NCBI GenBank assembly: GCA_964187785.1
Contig: OZ076409.1
Location: forward strand, 46,750,001-46,814,000
Direction: 5' to 3'
DNA length: 64,000 nt
DNA from: Amphiscolops sp. MND2022
Taxonomy: Eukaryota
In this document: positions 13,766 through 27,689 of the stretch, one piece after another
Layout of the letters: every line of letters begins with the position of its first letter
How positions within the stretch are numbered: position 1 is the first letter of the stretch
Notes under the pieces: model-generated
Database searches by the model: none
Seen by the model: the letters and a program-made list of their open reading frames with translations, nothing else
What the model was told of the DNA's origin: nothing
Program-made: the position numbers and the translations under genes

Positions 13766-15002
13766 CTCTGGCTTCATCCGAAAACGAATTTTCGAGAAGT
13801 TGTCATCATGGCATGCAAAAAACTGATGATCGTTCTCAAGGTCAATTTTTTATAGCAATCAAAAATTATGTCATGCATTTCTTCCGGATTCATTTCACTC
13901 ATCAGCCTTCAATCTACAAGCTTGATGAGAACGGGTCCTATTAATCTGATCAACCGGAAAACCTGCGTCTCAAGATTGTAATTTAAAATACTGGTATTCT
14001 CTTCGAGACTTCCGATGGGCCCTCTAGTCTTTCTGATTGATGACCAAATTGACTTCTCTCCAATCACCTCGACTCAAAGTTCGAGTATCTGATTGCCTTC
14101 ACAAATATCTTGCGTGGTCTCTTGGTACAAAATAGATGCACAATGGAAAAGACATGCGAGAGGTTCACAAAATGTTAACAAAACTAATTATAATTTAACT
14201 CAAAAAAGGAATCAGACCGTCAAAAAATTAAGAATAGCCCTATGGGGTTGTGAATAGGTTCAAAGAGATTATTACGGCATTGGAAAAAAGTCCTTTGGCA
14301 AAAGTATATTTTGTAATGCTTATAAAAGTCATTCATTCAAAATTCATCACAGCTCGGAACTGCCCAAGTTGACCAGAGTGAGCATCTTCATAATAATAAT
14401 AGAGGAGAACAATAAAGATATATGAGAAACCCCACGTAGATTATAAAAACCGCTACGTGGAACGCTTGAAATTTTTCTCACTGTATCGGTTATCGTGGAA
14501 AATAACCAGCTGACCGGGTGAACTGTATTCACCGAAGAAAATATTTTTGAACGAGTTGCATAGTATAAATACGAATCAGAGCAACTACATATCTTTTCGT
14601 TAGCAAAATCGTTAACAAAAACAAACTCATGAAATCAACAGTAGGATCGAAACCGCTGAAATTTTGTTCTATACCAACACTGATACACTAGGATATTAAA
14701 AAATGACGACCGTGGATCATGCTAGCGAAAACTTCATTAAAGATGACATTAAAATGAAATATCTATTTGACTCCTATGGCAAGATTTTCTAAATTTTTTT
14801 GCTACATCATGGCAGCCATCCATACATCTTATGGCAAGATTCTCAATGAGGAAAAAATACAAAATAACTCTCTGCTTTTCTAATCTCAAGTCAGTCTCAG
14901 ACTCTAACAATTCCTATCGAGAAGCGCGAGTACTGTTTGGAACAAGAGTCTTGCCTCAGCGCGTTCAACTTGCTCCTAGCTTTCTAACTCGGTTCTTATT
15001 AT

Positions 15003-16037
15003 CCCTAAGTTACAAAAATCACAACTCTTGCAAAACTCTTACAGGAATTCTTGTAAGATCTTGTAAGAAAATGCATTTTTAGAATCTAACTCTTGCAAAA
15101 ATCTTGCAAGATTTGCATTTTTCTGCTCAGAATGTTACAAAAAATGCATAAATCCGACATTTTTTTTTGCATTTCCTGCCTCAAAAAATTAAATGGCTGC
15201 AAAAGAAAACTATCTGTATGCGAAAAATGACACAATGGCCCATATTAGAGCATCTTTATATTATCGGAATGACCTATTTGCATCATGAGCATTGTTTGAT
15301 GTTATTGTTGTAAAGCTTTAGCTTACAACATTACAGCCCGACGTGGTGTCATTGTCTCTAAGAGAGCAATTTCCTCCATTCACAGCAGTCTCCTGACTAG
15401 ATGATATGGGCTGGAGAAGAAATGAAACCGATGGTTGAATTTTGCTAGAATTTTCAGGGTTTTTATAGTTTTCAATATGACATTGCACAGGTGGTTTTGT
15501 AGTATTTTTACTGATTTTCTCCATCACAGTAGCTGACAGCAGGTTCGGGTTAGAACCGTTAAAAAGCCCTTGAAATGTATTTTCATTTGGTATGATGTTC
15601 TTATTCCTATCATCATTAGCTGAAAAGTTCTCGGAGTTTTTGTCCGGAGTTTCATAGCTTGAATACGTTATAGTAATTTCTGGAGTAAAACTGCATGTAA
15701 AGTCTTCTTGCTCAAAATTAACAATTTGGACCCTTTTGCTGGGATCCAGGGACAGTTTGTGCATTGTAAACGGCAACTGTGGCTGTTGTTGCTGGTAGTT
15801 TGATGATTTTTGAAATTTTGGTCGACATAACACATCACATTTTTTGTAAGAATTTCTTACCAAAAAATGCATTTTTTGCAAAAATGTTATCAGAATCTTG
15901 TAAGAAATGTTCGACATTGTAACAAATTTGCAAAGTTTGCGATTCTTGTACCAACTTGTAAGATTCTCGTAAGAAATGCGAAGTTGACGAGAATTTCGGA
16001 AGAATTTTGCAAGATTTGTGATTCTTGTAACCTAGGG
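15003..16037. mobile_element. Non-autonomous CCC-terminated TIR element (CACTA/EnSpm-like) with exon-like internal ORF
   Basis: ~38-bp imperfect TIRs (CCCTAAGTTACAAAAATCACAACTCTTGCAAAA / TTTTGCAAGATTTGTGATTCTTGTAACCTAGGG), TAT on both flanks, subterminal TCTTGYAAGA repeats. Confidence 0.8.
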
Positions 16038-18729
16038 TATTCAAGGGGTACATCAGGGAGTAAATTTCTGCCAGTGTGAGTGGGACTCACTGTGAGTTCG
16101 TTTACATAGCTGGAAAGCAAAAAATTAACACGCCGACGACGTTGATTTACATGTTTCAATCTACGTTTTTCCGTATATTCAGGGGTCGACCCTTGAGTTG
16201 ACATTGAGGCTCGCCTGTGACATTGAAGCTTCTCCATGACATCTAACGTTCCTATATATCTTTGGGTCCAGAAAACAATGTAAATGGCCTAATATTCTAT
16301 AGGCTATCCATTCCATATGTAATATGACTTACTTGCAGCATTGCCGACGCGCCCGTAGTGGTGTCGACATTCCGGTGATGCTAATAGCACCGGGTCGTAG
16401 CCCTGATGCAGCTGACTTTTTGAACAGGTATCCCAATATCTCAGGTATACATGTGCTTTACTTTCTCGAAGCTCAAATTTCTACAGACTTGTCGAAGGAA
16501 TTGACTCTGTCTTTGCCGTTTTGAACAATTACATCGCTGACGTCAATCCATGATCTACATTTCAGTATCGTCTACTAAGTAAACACCATATTTGAGCAAA
16601 ATAAGCAAAAGCAAAACACGCTATGGCCAGCCTTCTCAACTGGCTGTTTTGAATTTGAATTTACGAATCTCAAAACGTAATAAAAGTAGTTCTATCTGTA
16701 CACTATGGCCGTGCAAAAAATGTATTATTCATTAAAATTCATATATTAAAACAACAAGATCTAAAATTCTTACAAAACAGCGTGCTTTGAAAATTTCGAT
16801 AAAGAGACAAAAGCAGTTTCATGTCTAGTTCAGTTTATTTCCGGTACTATACGGGTCTGTTTAGCGTAGAAGTCGGTGTCTCGAAAAAATGGGGAAACTT
16901 GGAAAACCAGAGTTTCATATTTGACAGGCAGAATGGGTGAAATTATTTTCTAATACTCTAATAGTGAAAACTATTCTAGTGATTAACAGAGAAGATTCAT
17001 CCCCGATTTCAAAAACCATTACAACCCGTGCTGACATTTCAGGGCATAGATTTTATTCCAGTGACTTTTATCTATTCCAATCGCTGCGGTCATTTGGATC
17101 TAATTCGAGTGTTTTCGAAGCTTATTTCGGCGATTTTGTGTGACATTCCATTGATTTTTGATTTAAGTCCATTGTTTTTAGGCATCATTCCAATGATTTG
17201 GATACTATTCCGGTGGCACTTAGATAAAATTGCCATCGGGACAATCGTCAAAAGACATTATTATGATGACATTGAATAAGGGCATCAGTTCCAGGAGAAA
17301 ATGCAAAGTCTACAAAAAAATCTTTTTTGAGTTTAATATCATCATTTTTTCAAAATTCACCAAGAATGTAATTGTTTGTGGTCATTCAATTATTCAGTTT
17401 TTAATATATATTTTTTCTCGCCTCCTTGGCCTTCACAATACGAGTTTCCTTGTAAAATGTATGTTAGGGTAAGATTTTACCAAGGTAAAATTTGTACCGT
17501 ACAATATCTTTGTAACCTTGGCCAATATCTTGGAGAAATCATTGGCAAGATTTTGGAAGGATTACTTCGAGGGTCAATTCTTGAATTCATGAAGTGTATC
17601 TAAAGACAAGTGACCTCGAAAAACGTGGGCGGCTGTTCTTGGGTACTTAAGGACGCCATTGAAAGCCAGTTACATTTTTTGATGATTAGCATTTGATCAA
17701 GTGCAGATATATCAATTGTCAAGCACACTTCACGTGAAAATGTCTACGAAAGGACTCTAAGTAGTCATTAAACAATCTATGTAGGGCTTAGAGGAGCACA
17801 AAAAATTAATAACAAGAACAAGCTTTACCATTTTGCGCTATTAGTGCAACCTGTTAATTATGCGGCGTAAAAAGATATCTGCTACTGCATGTGACAGGGG
17901 ACTATGTTAATGATTGCAACAGGCAACTATTCAGGGAAAATTTTACCGGTATAAAAGTGTTGGGGTTTTCAACTCCCAATAGCCTGAGCTATTTTGTCGC
18001 AAATGATTCGCCATACAGCAAGGAATGCATGTAATCGATTTTACTTTAGCCAGACAAAAAAGCTCGACTGGATTTCAAATTTGATGCATAATTTGTCAGT
18101 TTCGCTACCTTGAGAAAGTAACTAGTTTTTATCAGTGGTAGTGTTGATAAACCACAGTTTCAAAGTAACTTCAAAGCAAATCAAGCATCGAAAATTCTCG
18201 AGTGAGTGAAATTTAATTAACGTAATCAATAGATACTTTTACCTTTTGCAGTTACGTTTTTTCCTGATGAGGAAATTGTACAAGCACAAACATTTTTTAC
18301 TTCATTCGTTCTATGTATGTTTTACATGTAATGGAGGCGGGAATCGCAAATTCAATGAATCTAAAAATTAGAATGCCATATGTATAATGCAGAATCTATT
18401 AACTTGTGTCTGGTCATCTCGCCGTAGCACAAATGGTAGGTCTGGCATAGCTAGAGGTTCAAGGGTCTTTTTATTACATTTGATATCAAAATTCAATAGT
18501 TTTCTACACTAAAACATTAGAATTTTGCAAAATTTCGGTACAAAAAGATATGATTTTACCCGCGGTTTTTTTCAAAACTCCATTAAATTTTTTTCTGGAG
18601 CTCATGATGGTCAAAATCTATTGCTTTATAGCCGTGTCAGCAAAGCTACTGAGAATTAATTAAACATGAATTTTTCATGGCCCGGCATGACTTTTTAAAA
18701 CTTTTCAAATTTGATTTTCTGGATTTTGC

Positions 18730-18743
18730 TGTTGTTGTTGTTG

Positions 18744-18782
<39 letters not shown>

Positions 18783-18798
18783 GTCGTTGTTGTTGTTG

Positions 18799-18841
<43 letters not shown>

Positions 18842-18842
18842 G
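18730..18842. repeat. (GTT)n microsatellite with a few interruptions
   Basis: Directly visible; explains the poly-N/T/V/L/C ORFs in the track. Confidence 0.98.
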
Positions 18843-19574
18843 GCTTTTGCAGTCTAGTATGAATTGGATTGGGTTTTACAGCTGGGTTGATAGCAAACAT
18901 AGAAGTATGGTGGTGAGACCCCAAAGTTATTCGTTTCAGAAACAAAGTTTTCGTACACAATTTTTACATGACGATTCTCAAATCACTTTCAAGTTGCACG
19001 GAGTTTAAAATTCATGGAGTTTTCAAGCGTTACAACATCACCATCGGCTGTCAGGTTTGGTTCATTGATGCATTTCGAGTAACCATTTCGACTTGTGTCT
19101 GTTTTTTAAAAGTTTTTTAAGGTTTAGTTTTCATTCCTGGCCGAAGCTAGAACTGCCAGTGATCTTTCATTGTCACGGATGGAAAGTCATGTAATGTCAG
19201 TACTGGCGACATCTGCATGCTGCATCTATTACTATACCCCTTGTTAGTATTTAAAGTGTCAGGTTCTTTTGAGGTAATCCGTGAATCTCAAGACTTTCGT
19301 ATAATCAATAATCCGTGAAGGTCTAAATTACAGCAGTGATTCTAGAAAAAGCAACATAAGGTAAATCCCAAAAGTGAATAACTCAAAAGCGGTCGTGTTT
19401 TTTGAAAAATGGTGAAAATAAAAGTTTCTTGAATTTTTATCTACTTCACAAATGTTTGTTTGTAAAAAATGCGATAAAATTGTAAAAGTTACTTTAGACC
19501 GTTTCTAGCCAAATTTAGTTTAAAAGTTTTTTTGGTCTATTTTTGCTCGAAATCTTTGAGAAATTTCATGCTTG

Positions 19575-19788
19575 TGTAAAGGACAGATAAACTCACTTGG
19601 ACTGTGTAAACTATTTAGTCTATGTTTATGCTTTCTTGTTTGTACATTAATATTGTTGACTAAATACATGTTCCTGCCACATAAGTACAGAAGACAACAT
19701 CAGCTTAGTGCTACGAAACGATACGATAGAAAACAGTTAGCTTTAGAACACTGAACTCTTTCTTTAAAAGTTTATCAGGAATACAACA
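19575..19788 (+). repeat. 5' LTR of Gypsy element 1
   Basis: Direct repeat of 25185-25391; TG...CA ends. Confidence 0.92.
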
Positions 19789-22700
19789 TGGTGCAGTCAA
19801 AGTGACCGTAAAAATTAAAACAGATGATCGCAAAAGACCAATGGACAACAGCACAGAAGCCACCCCAAGGAATGGAGGCACCACAATGACGTCGGCGGAA
19901 TCACACTCGGGTGAACAACTGCTACCAAACGACACCATGAGCAGAAGCACAGAACGGACCTGCACCCAGAAGCTTACCATTCCAACATTGGAAAAACAAG
20001 ATTACACCAATGCAAAAATGTTGTGGCGAAAATTCGTACAGTACATGAAATTGACAAAGGACTCGGACCTATCAACAATGACAAACAACAAAGAAATACT
20101 GCCACAATACTGTGATCAACTAGAAACGGAATTAAAAGACCTATTCCCATATGCAATTGGACCAAATGCTGACACGGAGATGACCAAAACAGTTAAAGAG
20201 AGACAACCGAGCTCACTATCGTTGCATAAACTATACGCATTGTTCTGACTACACTTTACGCCAGAAATAAACGTTCAACACAGCAAAACAGATTTCTTCC
20301 ACCTGAAACAAGAAGACTGAGAATCCGCGGCAGATGTTTAGAAACGGATTCTAGGAGTAGAGAAAAACTACTAAATTGAAACAATAACCGTAGGGGGAAG
20401 AATTTAGGCAAAATGCGAAAAGATTGGCCATTTTGCGAAATGTTGCAGAAAAAAAAACAGAAAAAATCTGCATACAAGAACAAGGAACAAGCAGCGTGGA
20501 AGAAGCTGATTGGTCACCGAGCACAATCCATTCTGTAAATCAGAAGATCCATTCAACACGTCAAGTAAACAAAAACGGTCCGGAATTCTTGACATTCACC
20601 GCAATGGTCAATAACCGGCCAACCAAACTCATCATAGACAGCATTACGTCCTTTCGAAACCCAATACAGAGACGTAAACGATAACAGATAAAATTTGAAG
20701 GAAAAACAAAAGCGAAAGTAGAAATTGATGGGAATCAAAAATGTCTGAAGATCCTGGTTTTGACAAAGAAGACTAACCCCTTACTGGGCTTAGACTGGAA
20801 GGAAAAGCTGGGAACAACGCTGGTTAACAGTAAGACCAGTCCACGACTAAACTTCGTAAAAGATATCCGGATATAACAATGCTTAAAAGAAACTTCAAAA
20901 AACATTTCAACGAAAACCATACGGTGAAGGAACTAGAAGTAAAAAAACAACTAAGAGAAGACGCAAAATTGATACAACAAAAAAAGGACAATACCAATCC
21001 ATCTAGAACAATCGGTCAAAAAAAAGATCGAAAAACTGGGAAATATATAGAAAGACGCCATATCCGAAAGAAAAATATCATTGGCGAAATTTGTTTCGTC
21101 AGCTTGGCCGTAATCACGGTAAATGAAAAATCTATGAAAATTGCACTCGATCCACGAAACTGACGAAATCACCATAAAACGAAAGGCACAAATGCCTAGT
21201 ATGGAAAAGCTATTTTCGAAAATGTCCTAGAAGATAGCAGACGGACCGGGAGATGAAATACGGAGTTCAAAATTCGACATAAACTATGCGTACGACAATT
21301 ACTACTATCCAGAGAATTCCGAGACCTATGCATATTTGCCGTAACCAGGGGAACTATACCTTTTGCTACCGTGTCCTGAAAGGATTCTACAGGTTAGCAG
21401 AAAGACCGACAATTTTTCAGGAGAAAGTTCACCAAACACTAGAAAACAAACACCCAGCATGCTTTGATGACTAAATCGTGGCAACAAAAGGTTCAAAAGA
21501 ATAGCACAAAATAGAGCAGATAGACGTCCTAACTAGACTAGAAAACGCCGGATACAGAATCAGCAAAAATATATCCGAATTTTTCAAAACGGAGATCGAA
21601 TGGATTGGACATGCAATAGATCAAAACGGTATCAGGCCATTGCAAGACAAACTGATGGCAATAAATGATTTGAAACGGCCCAATAACGAAAACGATTTAA
21701 AATTGTTCCGGGGCCATTCAATACCTGTCCAACTACATCGACAAACTATTTCCTTAAAAAGACAATTTGCGTCACCTTCTGAAAAAAGGAACCGAATGGG
21801 TATGGACGGAAGAACTACTTTAGAACTTGAAAAATTCACTGAGACACCGTGCGTGGTCCATTATAAGTCGAACTACCCATACGTTATAACAATCGACGCC
21901 AGCACTAAAAGCATCGGTGCAACCCTATGGCAAGAACAACTAGACAATGGTTTTGCATGACGATTTTCAGCTGATACAAAAAAAAACATTCAAAAAATGA
22001 ACTTGAGTTTTCAGCCGTAGTTTGAGGACTAGAATTTTTTTGCTTGTATATTCACGGTAAACCGATAAAGTTGCTCACAGGCCACCAAGAACTGGAATCA
22101 CTGTTTGAACGAAACCGCTCCAAAAAAACGCAGAGTGCATGGTTAACGAGGTGGCTAGACCGCCGAGGTGACTGGACCGATCACTGCTAATGTAAACCAT
22201 ATCGCGGGTTAACATTCAGCGCTCACGGACTTGAGTAGAAATCCGTCAGCGTCGCTGCAAACGGACGTAGCGTACGACGAAAAAACGTCATCAAAAATAC
22301 CTTACCGCACTACAAGTTCATTTCCAAACACGGTTGCCTTAGCAACCACATTGATCAATCAGAAAGCGGAACGGACAAAGGTGAACACAATACAAACAAT
22401 GAACAGCGGTCGGAAGACGCGCGTGAACAAACCGCCGTTGATTGCATTAACAGCGTAACATACACACGTACAAAATTGATGCACACGTAGTCATAATTGA
22501 TGCTGGAACGATCGAAGACTACTGAGCTATTTCGCTGAGAAAAGGAGATTGTAAAACCCGGAATTTACCGAATGACCGGAGACAAATGGAAGAAATATAA
22601 TGAGCCAAAGTTCCTCCAAAATGAACGAAAAGTGATTTAAGAAAAACTCCAACAAAACATCAGAGCTCGTGACCAAGGTAATCTGAGACAAAGAATTGGC

Positions 22701-25184
22701 CCACAACACAGATAAATCTTCCAACCGCAGACTAGACGGTCAGAACAGTGTACCGTACATTACAGTGCATAAACAAGCTAATTTTCTACGAACACAATTC
22801 TGTGCGTGTAACCCCTTAGATTACACAGACATGTCTTTAAACGTGCAAAATTGATTAATTTCCACTAAATTTGTTAAAACAGAGACAGCGTCAACGCTAT
22901 TCTCTGGAATCCCATAACATATACCTAAAACATTAGCGGTGCCGCGGAGCTAGCGGCAACTTTTTGTTTTAGTTTCCGCATTTCATAGTCCCGGATTCCA
23001 CAACCAAATTGTGAACCAATCAAATTGCTTGAATTAGTAGTAGTTAGCTCTAGTAGATCCTTTCTGGGAAATGGATCGGCCGACACCAGCCCAACCTCAG
23101 GGGGACCAAAACCGTCATCAGCGTCAACCAGTCAAGAACCGAACACACCAATCCTGATGGAGGAAGGAGAAATTGAATCCGAAACGGATCAGGCCTCGGA
23201 TTCCAGAAGTCTCCGCAGTCATTGGGCACGCTATGTAGGGGTGAAGAGTGCCCACTACGTAAAAATGGGACACGCACCGAAAATAGCCCAACAGCAAAAA
23301 GAAAATAACTGATACCTCGAACAAGCCGTGCGAGAAATCGAAAATTTTTTTTCAACGGATTCGCAACTGCTGATGACGACGGAGGCTACCAATAACCCCA
23401 ATCTACGGAAGACACAAGTTTGCTTGGAACGCCAACCACACAAGCTGATGCCGGAGAAACACCAGGCACACACAAAAAGTCACGCCGGTTCGGTCTGGTC
23501 TTCATAGAGGAAAAATTATCGTCACGAAGAAGCCCCGAACAACCATAATTAGCTTCCTTCACAAAAGACAACCGGCCATTAGCTAAATCACGCTTGCAGC
23601 ACGACATTTCTGATGGCCACCAATGATCGAGGCAATACAGAAGAGTGCGAAACATGCCTGCCCTGCAAAATGTCTGCTATGAATGATAAACCTACTAAAC
23701 TGTGTACGGAAACAAACCACCTTCCACCGTCAAACAGTCCAAATGAAGAAATTTAATTGGATTTCAAAGGACCAATAACATGAAACATCCGTCGATTTTA
23801 TTTTCTATTGTCCATACACCGGTTTAGTAAATGGCCAGCAACGAGTTTTTGTACATCTACGGCCGGAGAAACAGCGATAAGTTTTCTCGAACAAAACATC
23901 CAAATAACGGCATACCGAAAATGATTACAACTAATAAAGCCACCGCGTTCACGAGACGCCTTTTCAGAGGTTTCTGCATAAATCATTACACCAAATTAAT
24001 ATTCGGGACACCGTATGTGCACACCCCTACGGGCCTAGTTGAACGGGGAGTTAGGACCTTGATAGAAAATCTCCTACCGAATATTAAAGGAATGAACGTT
24101 TTGGTAAGGCCTTAGTTATGTGTCTGGACGTAATGAGAAAAACACCACACCCGAGACTGAGAAAATCTGCTTTCGAACTCCTTTACAGTAGAAAACCGAA
24201 AACTGAAAAAAGCAATCTATTAAACCTCGATACATTAGAAAAGCAAACAAAGCATTCCGTTTCAGCCAAAACAGATACATTTCAGGTAAATTCGTTCAGT
24301 GGAGCTGGCGGTGTGTCTAGCCAGCTACCCATGAAGCCAACGAAAAACACAAAAGGAGTTAGTAAAAACCCATTTTAATTCTTGAAAAAAATTCACCGTC
24401 AAAAAAGTGAAAGTGCATACTCCGATAAACCGCAAATAGCAATATCGATCACAGATCAAACTGTAACCTACCCTAATGGGAGAGTATTACATAGGAAACA
24501 CATCAATAAACTCCTTGCTGATTTGAACAAGGAGCACAGCAACCGAGGGAATGAGCCATGTGTACCGGACAGCCGATATACAAAACCACTATCCGAACAA
24601 AGGCGAGCACGGGTGATAGAATCGGACAGCGAGTCAGAAGCACCACTAATGGACATAGAAGTCCCGACAAAACGAGATCCATTGGACAACACGACACTCA
24701 AAACGAGCAGGTTCGGCCGAGGCAGACCGAAACTAATCAGGGATCGCGCAAGCCCAAACTCCCCAAAACCAGCTCAACAGAAACACTCATACCGGGAGAC
24801 AACATGAACGCTCTGAAAATAACAACCGCACACGTGACAGAAACGGAAGTAGACTGCCCATAGACGACGCTAAATGCGCAGAACAAGAGTTTTTTATCCG
24901 AGACGAAAACAGTAAGATACTTACTGATAATAACACAAACTTGAACATAATAGAAGGAGATAACCTAGAAAACTCTGAATTAGACTTAGCGAGCAATCTC
25001 AGCTCAAGCACTGAAATTGAAACTGACATAAAAAACGAACAAGAGAAAACGAAGAAGAGAAAGCAACCAAAGAAGCGACGAACGGTTACCCGTCCACCAA
25101 ACATTGGTCCAGTGGAGGAATGACCGCCACAAAGAAAGCAGTACATCCCTATCGGCAGATCATCAGTCAATAGTATAAGGGGAA

Positions 25185-25391
25185 TGTAGATGACAGACGA
25201 ACTCACGTAGACTGTGTAAACTAATTAGTCTATGTTCATGCTTTCTTAATTGTACTACTTTATTAAACACATCTTCCTACCACATAAGTGCAGAAGAAAA
25301 CATCAGCTTATTGCCACGAAAAGATACGATAGAAAACAGCTACTTTTAGAACAATGAATTCTTTCTTTACAAGTTTATCAGTAATAAAACA
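25185..25391 (+). repeat. 3' LTR of Gypsy element 1
   Basis: Direct repeat of 19575-19788; preceded by a purine tract. Confidence 0.92.
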
Positions 25392-27689
25392 GTTTGATTG
25401 ATCCCCTTGAACTTACCGAAGTCCCTAATACGTTTTGATTTCGGTGAGTTCAAGGGGGTCAATCAGACATAAAATTTCTCAAACATTTCAAAATCGTATC
25501 TTGAAACATGTATTTTCGAAAAATACATGATTTAAGATACGATTTTGAAATTTATCAAATTGAAACAAACTCTTACTATTACAATTTACTATATTTCTAA
25601 GTAAGAATTATAGTGTCATTCGAAATATTCAGGAGAAGTTGCTTTTGTGGCGTTAAGAAGCAACAGAGTTTCAGAAATAGTCCCTTCCAAGAATTCTAAA
25701 TTTCTACTTGCATAAAATTTTTGGAGGCTTGTCACCAAATTTGGAAAAGAATTTTCTTGACAAGCCCCACGAAAAGGTAATCAGGGATATACACTTTAAT
25801 CAGGCACCAAAATATACTTTAAAATAGTTTCATCCCAATTACAACGAAACAGTTTTTTTTTCAAAAATGAAAACACCAAACCAAAATAATCCCTCCCTTT
25901 CGCGTGCAAATTGTTATCTTTTTCTTTTTATCTCATCCATATCGCATTTATTACTTTCCCTGAAAAGCGAAGTGTCTGAAAGAGCTGAAAAGTTGAAAAG
26001 AAATTGCATAAAAATGTATTATAAAAGGCAGTCAGTTGTTGACACGTAGGGCGAGGTAATAAACGGGACCTTTCATTAAACGTGAATATTGTGCCAACAA
26101 AGATACATGGTCTATGAGAGGAGGAAATGACAGAAAGTTGCGCCATTGAGGTAGCAATTTGTCAAAAGTGCGACTTTGCAGATATGCCCTGGCGCCTTTA
26201 TATTACGTAATACAGCCGCTGTCACAGCTGAACCATGTCTGGAACTGTCTCAAGGCCTACCCATGCCGCCAAAGCCCTTCTTTGCTAGAGGCACCAGCCG
26301 GGGCCAACGAGCGGGTACAGTTTCCTCGCATTCCAATCCTCCATCCCCCACATCAAAGTTGTTTAACCCACTTAGGTCGTCATTGTCAACAAACATAATA
26401 TCCCAAAATCCACCTAATCGTTGAATTAGAAATTCCGCTGAGAAACCAAACAAGCAAAACACTCTCAATTCTATCTTTTTGTTGGCATGAAACATTATTA
26501 GTGATATGCATTAAAAACTAACTAATTAACGTCATTTTGAAAAGTTGTGGTGAAGCTTAGTGGATATATGCTTGCCATGACTGCAAAAGAGTTGTATATT
26601 TTCTATGAGTTTGCCATTTATATACCTAATTTGATCTAGTTTGAAATCTGGATACATATATCAATTTAAGTAGATAAATGGCAAAACACGTAAAATATCT
26701 ATAACTAAGTGAAACCTGCCTCTAAAGCAGAAAAATTTCCTGTACGGAGTGGAGTTGGTTTTCTTTTAAAAATTGTAGCTTCGAGAAATATAAAGAACAA
26801 AATACTAAAAAAGTATTTCCTATTATCATTTTGCATGCTGAATGCTGACTGCAAAAAGTTTCGATTAGGGTATCTACTAAAGTATCTAAATGCGGTCAAT
26901 ATTCACAAATATTTAATTGAGAAAAGATAACCTAAAATTAAGCTTTTTTCTCCAAAAGGTTATGAGTTTCTACGCTAACCCTTGACTACCGTGGCAAGAT
27001 CTTTCCAAATTCTTTCAAACATGTAAGGCAAGCCCTACAGGCCTACATCTTAAGTCGACATTGTTATTATGATCTTTCTAAGACGAAGCTTTATTCCACG
27101 ATCGAATTTTGCTAAGATGGATGAAAATAACCAGATTTCAAAAATTCGACAGAGAACTGGAAAAATTCCCATCTACCTTAGTTCTATTGGCGGATAGGAA
27201 GATCGTATCAGGAAACACTTTTATCAGCCAAACGAGAGAAACTTCTTAAACCAAATCAGGCTAATTATGAATCTAACGACTTTGAGTTTCAGGCATTTTT
27301 CATTTGGACGCCAGTCTTGAAACATTTTTGGATGCTTCTTCTGAGACAATAATCATGCTCTTCGCTTATTTTGTTTCATTTTTCTGGTCCTAAATCTCAG
27401 AGTAGTCTCGTACTTGAAATTTCTGGGACAATGCCCTCCGACACTTCTACGAAGGTTGTCTAAGGTGTAATTCGTCTGGAAGGACTTTTGTCTAACGAAT
27501 CGGATGAAGTGAGTTTTGCAATGTTTGATTTTATTTTTATTTATTTTAAAAGGGAACATAATAATCAAAGTCAACAGATACAAAAACAAAATCCACAAAA
27601 TATTATATAGAGAAAGAACTCGAATTCAGTCTTGAAATGCAAAATAACAAGAAGTAGAATGAATTTTGGTGTTTAAATTCCATTTGTCT

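Larger units (their letters stand above)
19575..25391 (+). mobile_element. Full-length decayed Ty3/Gypsy LTR retrotransposon
   Basis: LTRs 19575-19788 and 25185-25391 (TGTA...AACA), PBS TGGTGCAGTC at 19789, PPT ATAAGGGGAA before 25185, TSD GCTTG/GTTTG. Broken gag-pol: zinc-knuckle remnant (CEKIGHFAKCC), protease (LIIDS), RT (KGFYRLAERPTIFQEK...FDD), RNase H (ITIDASTKSIGATLWQ), integrase (HTPTGLVERGVRTL), in Gypsy domain order. Confidence 0.95.

Noticed and set aside
18646..19008. Poly-T/N/Q, poly-V/L and poly-C ORFs
   Set aside because: By-products of the (GTT)n microsatellite.
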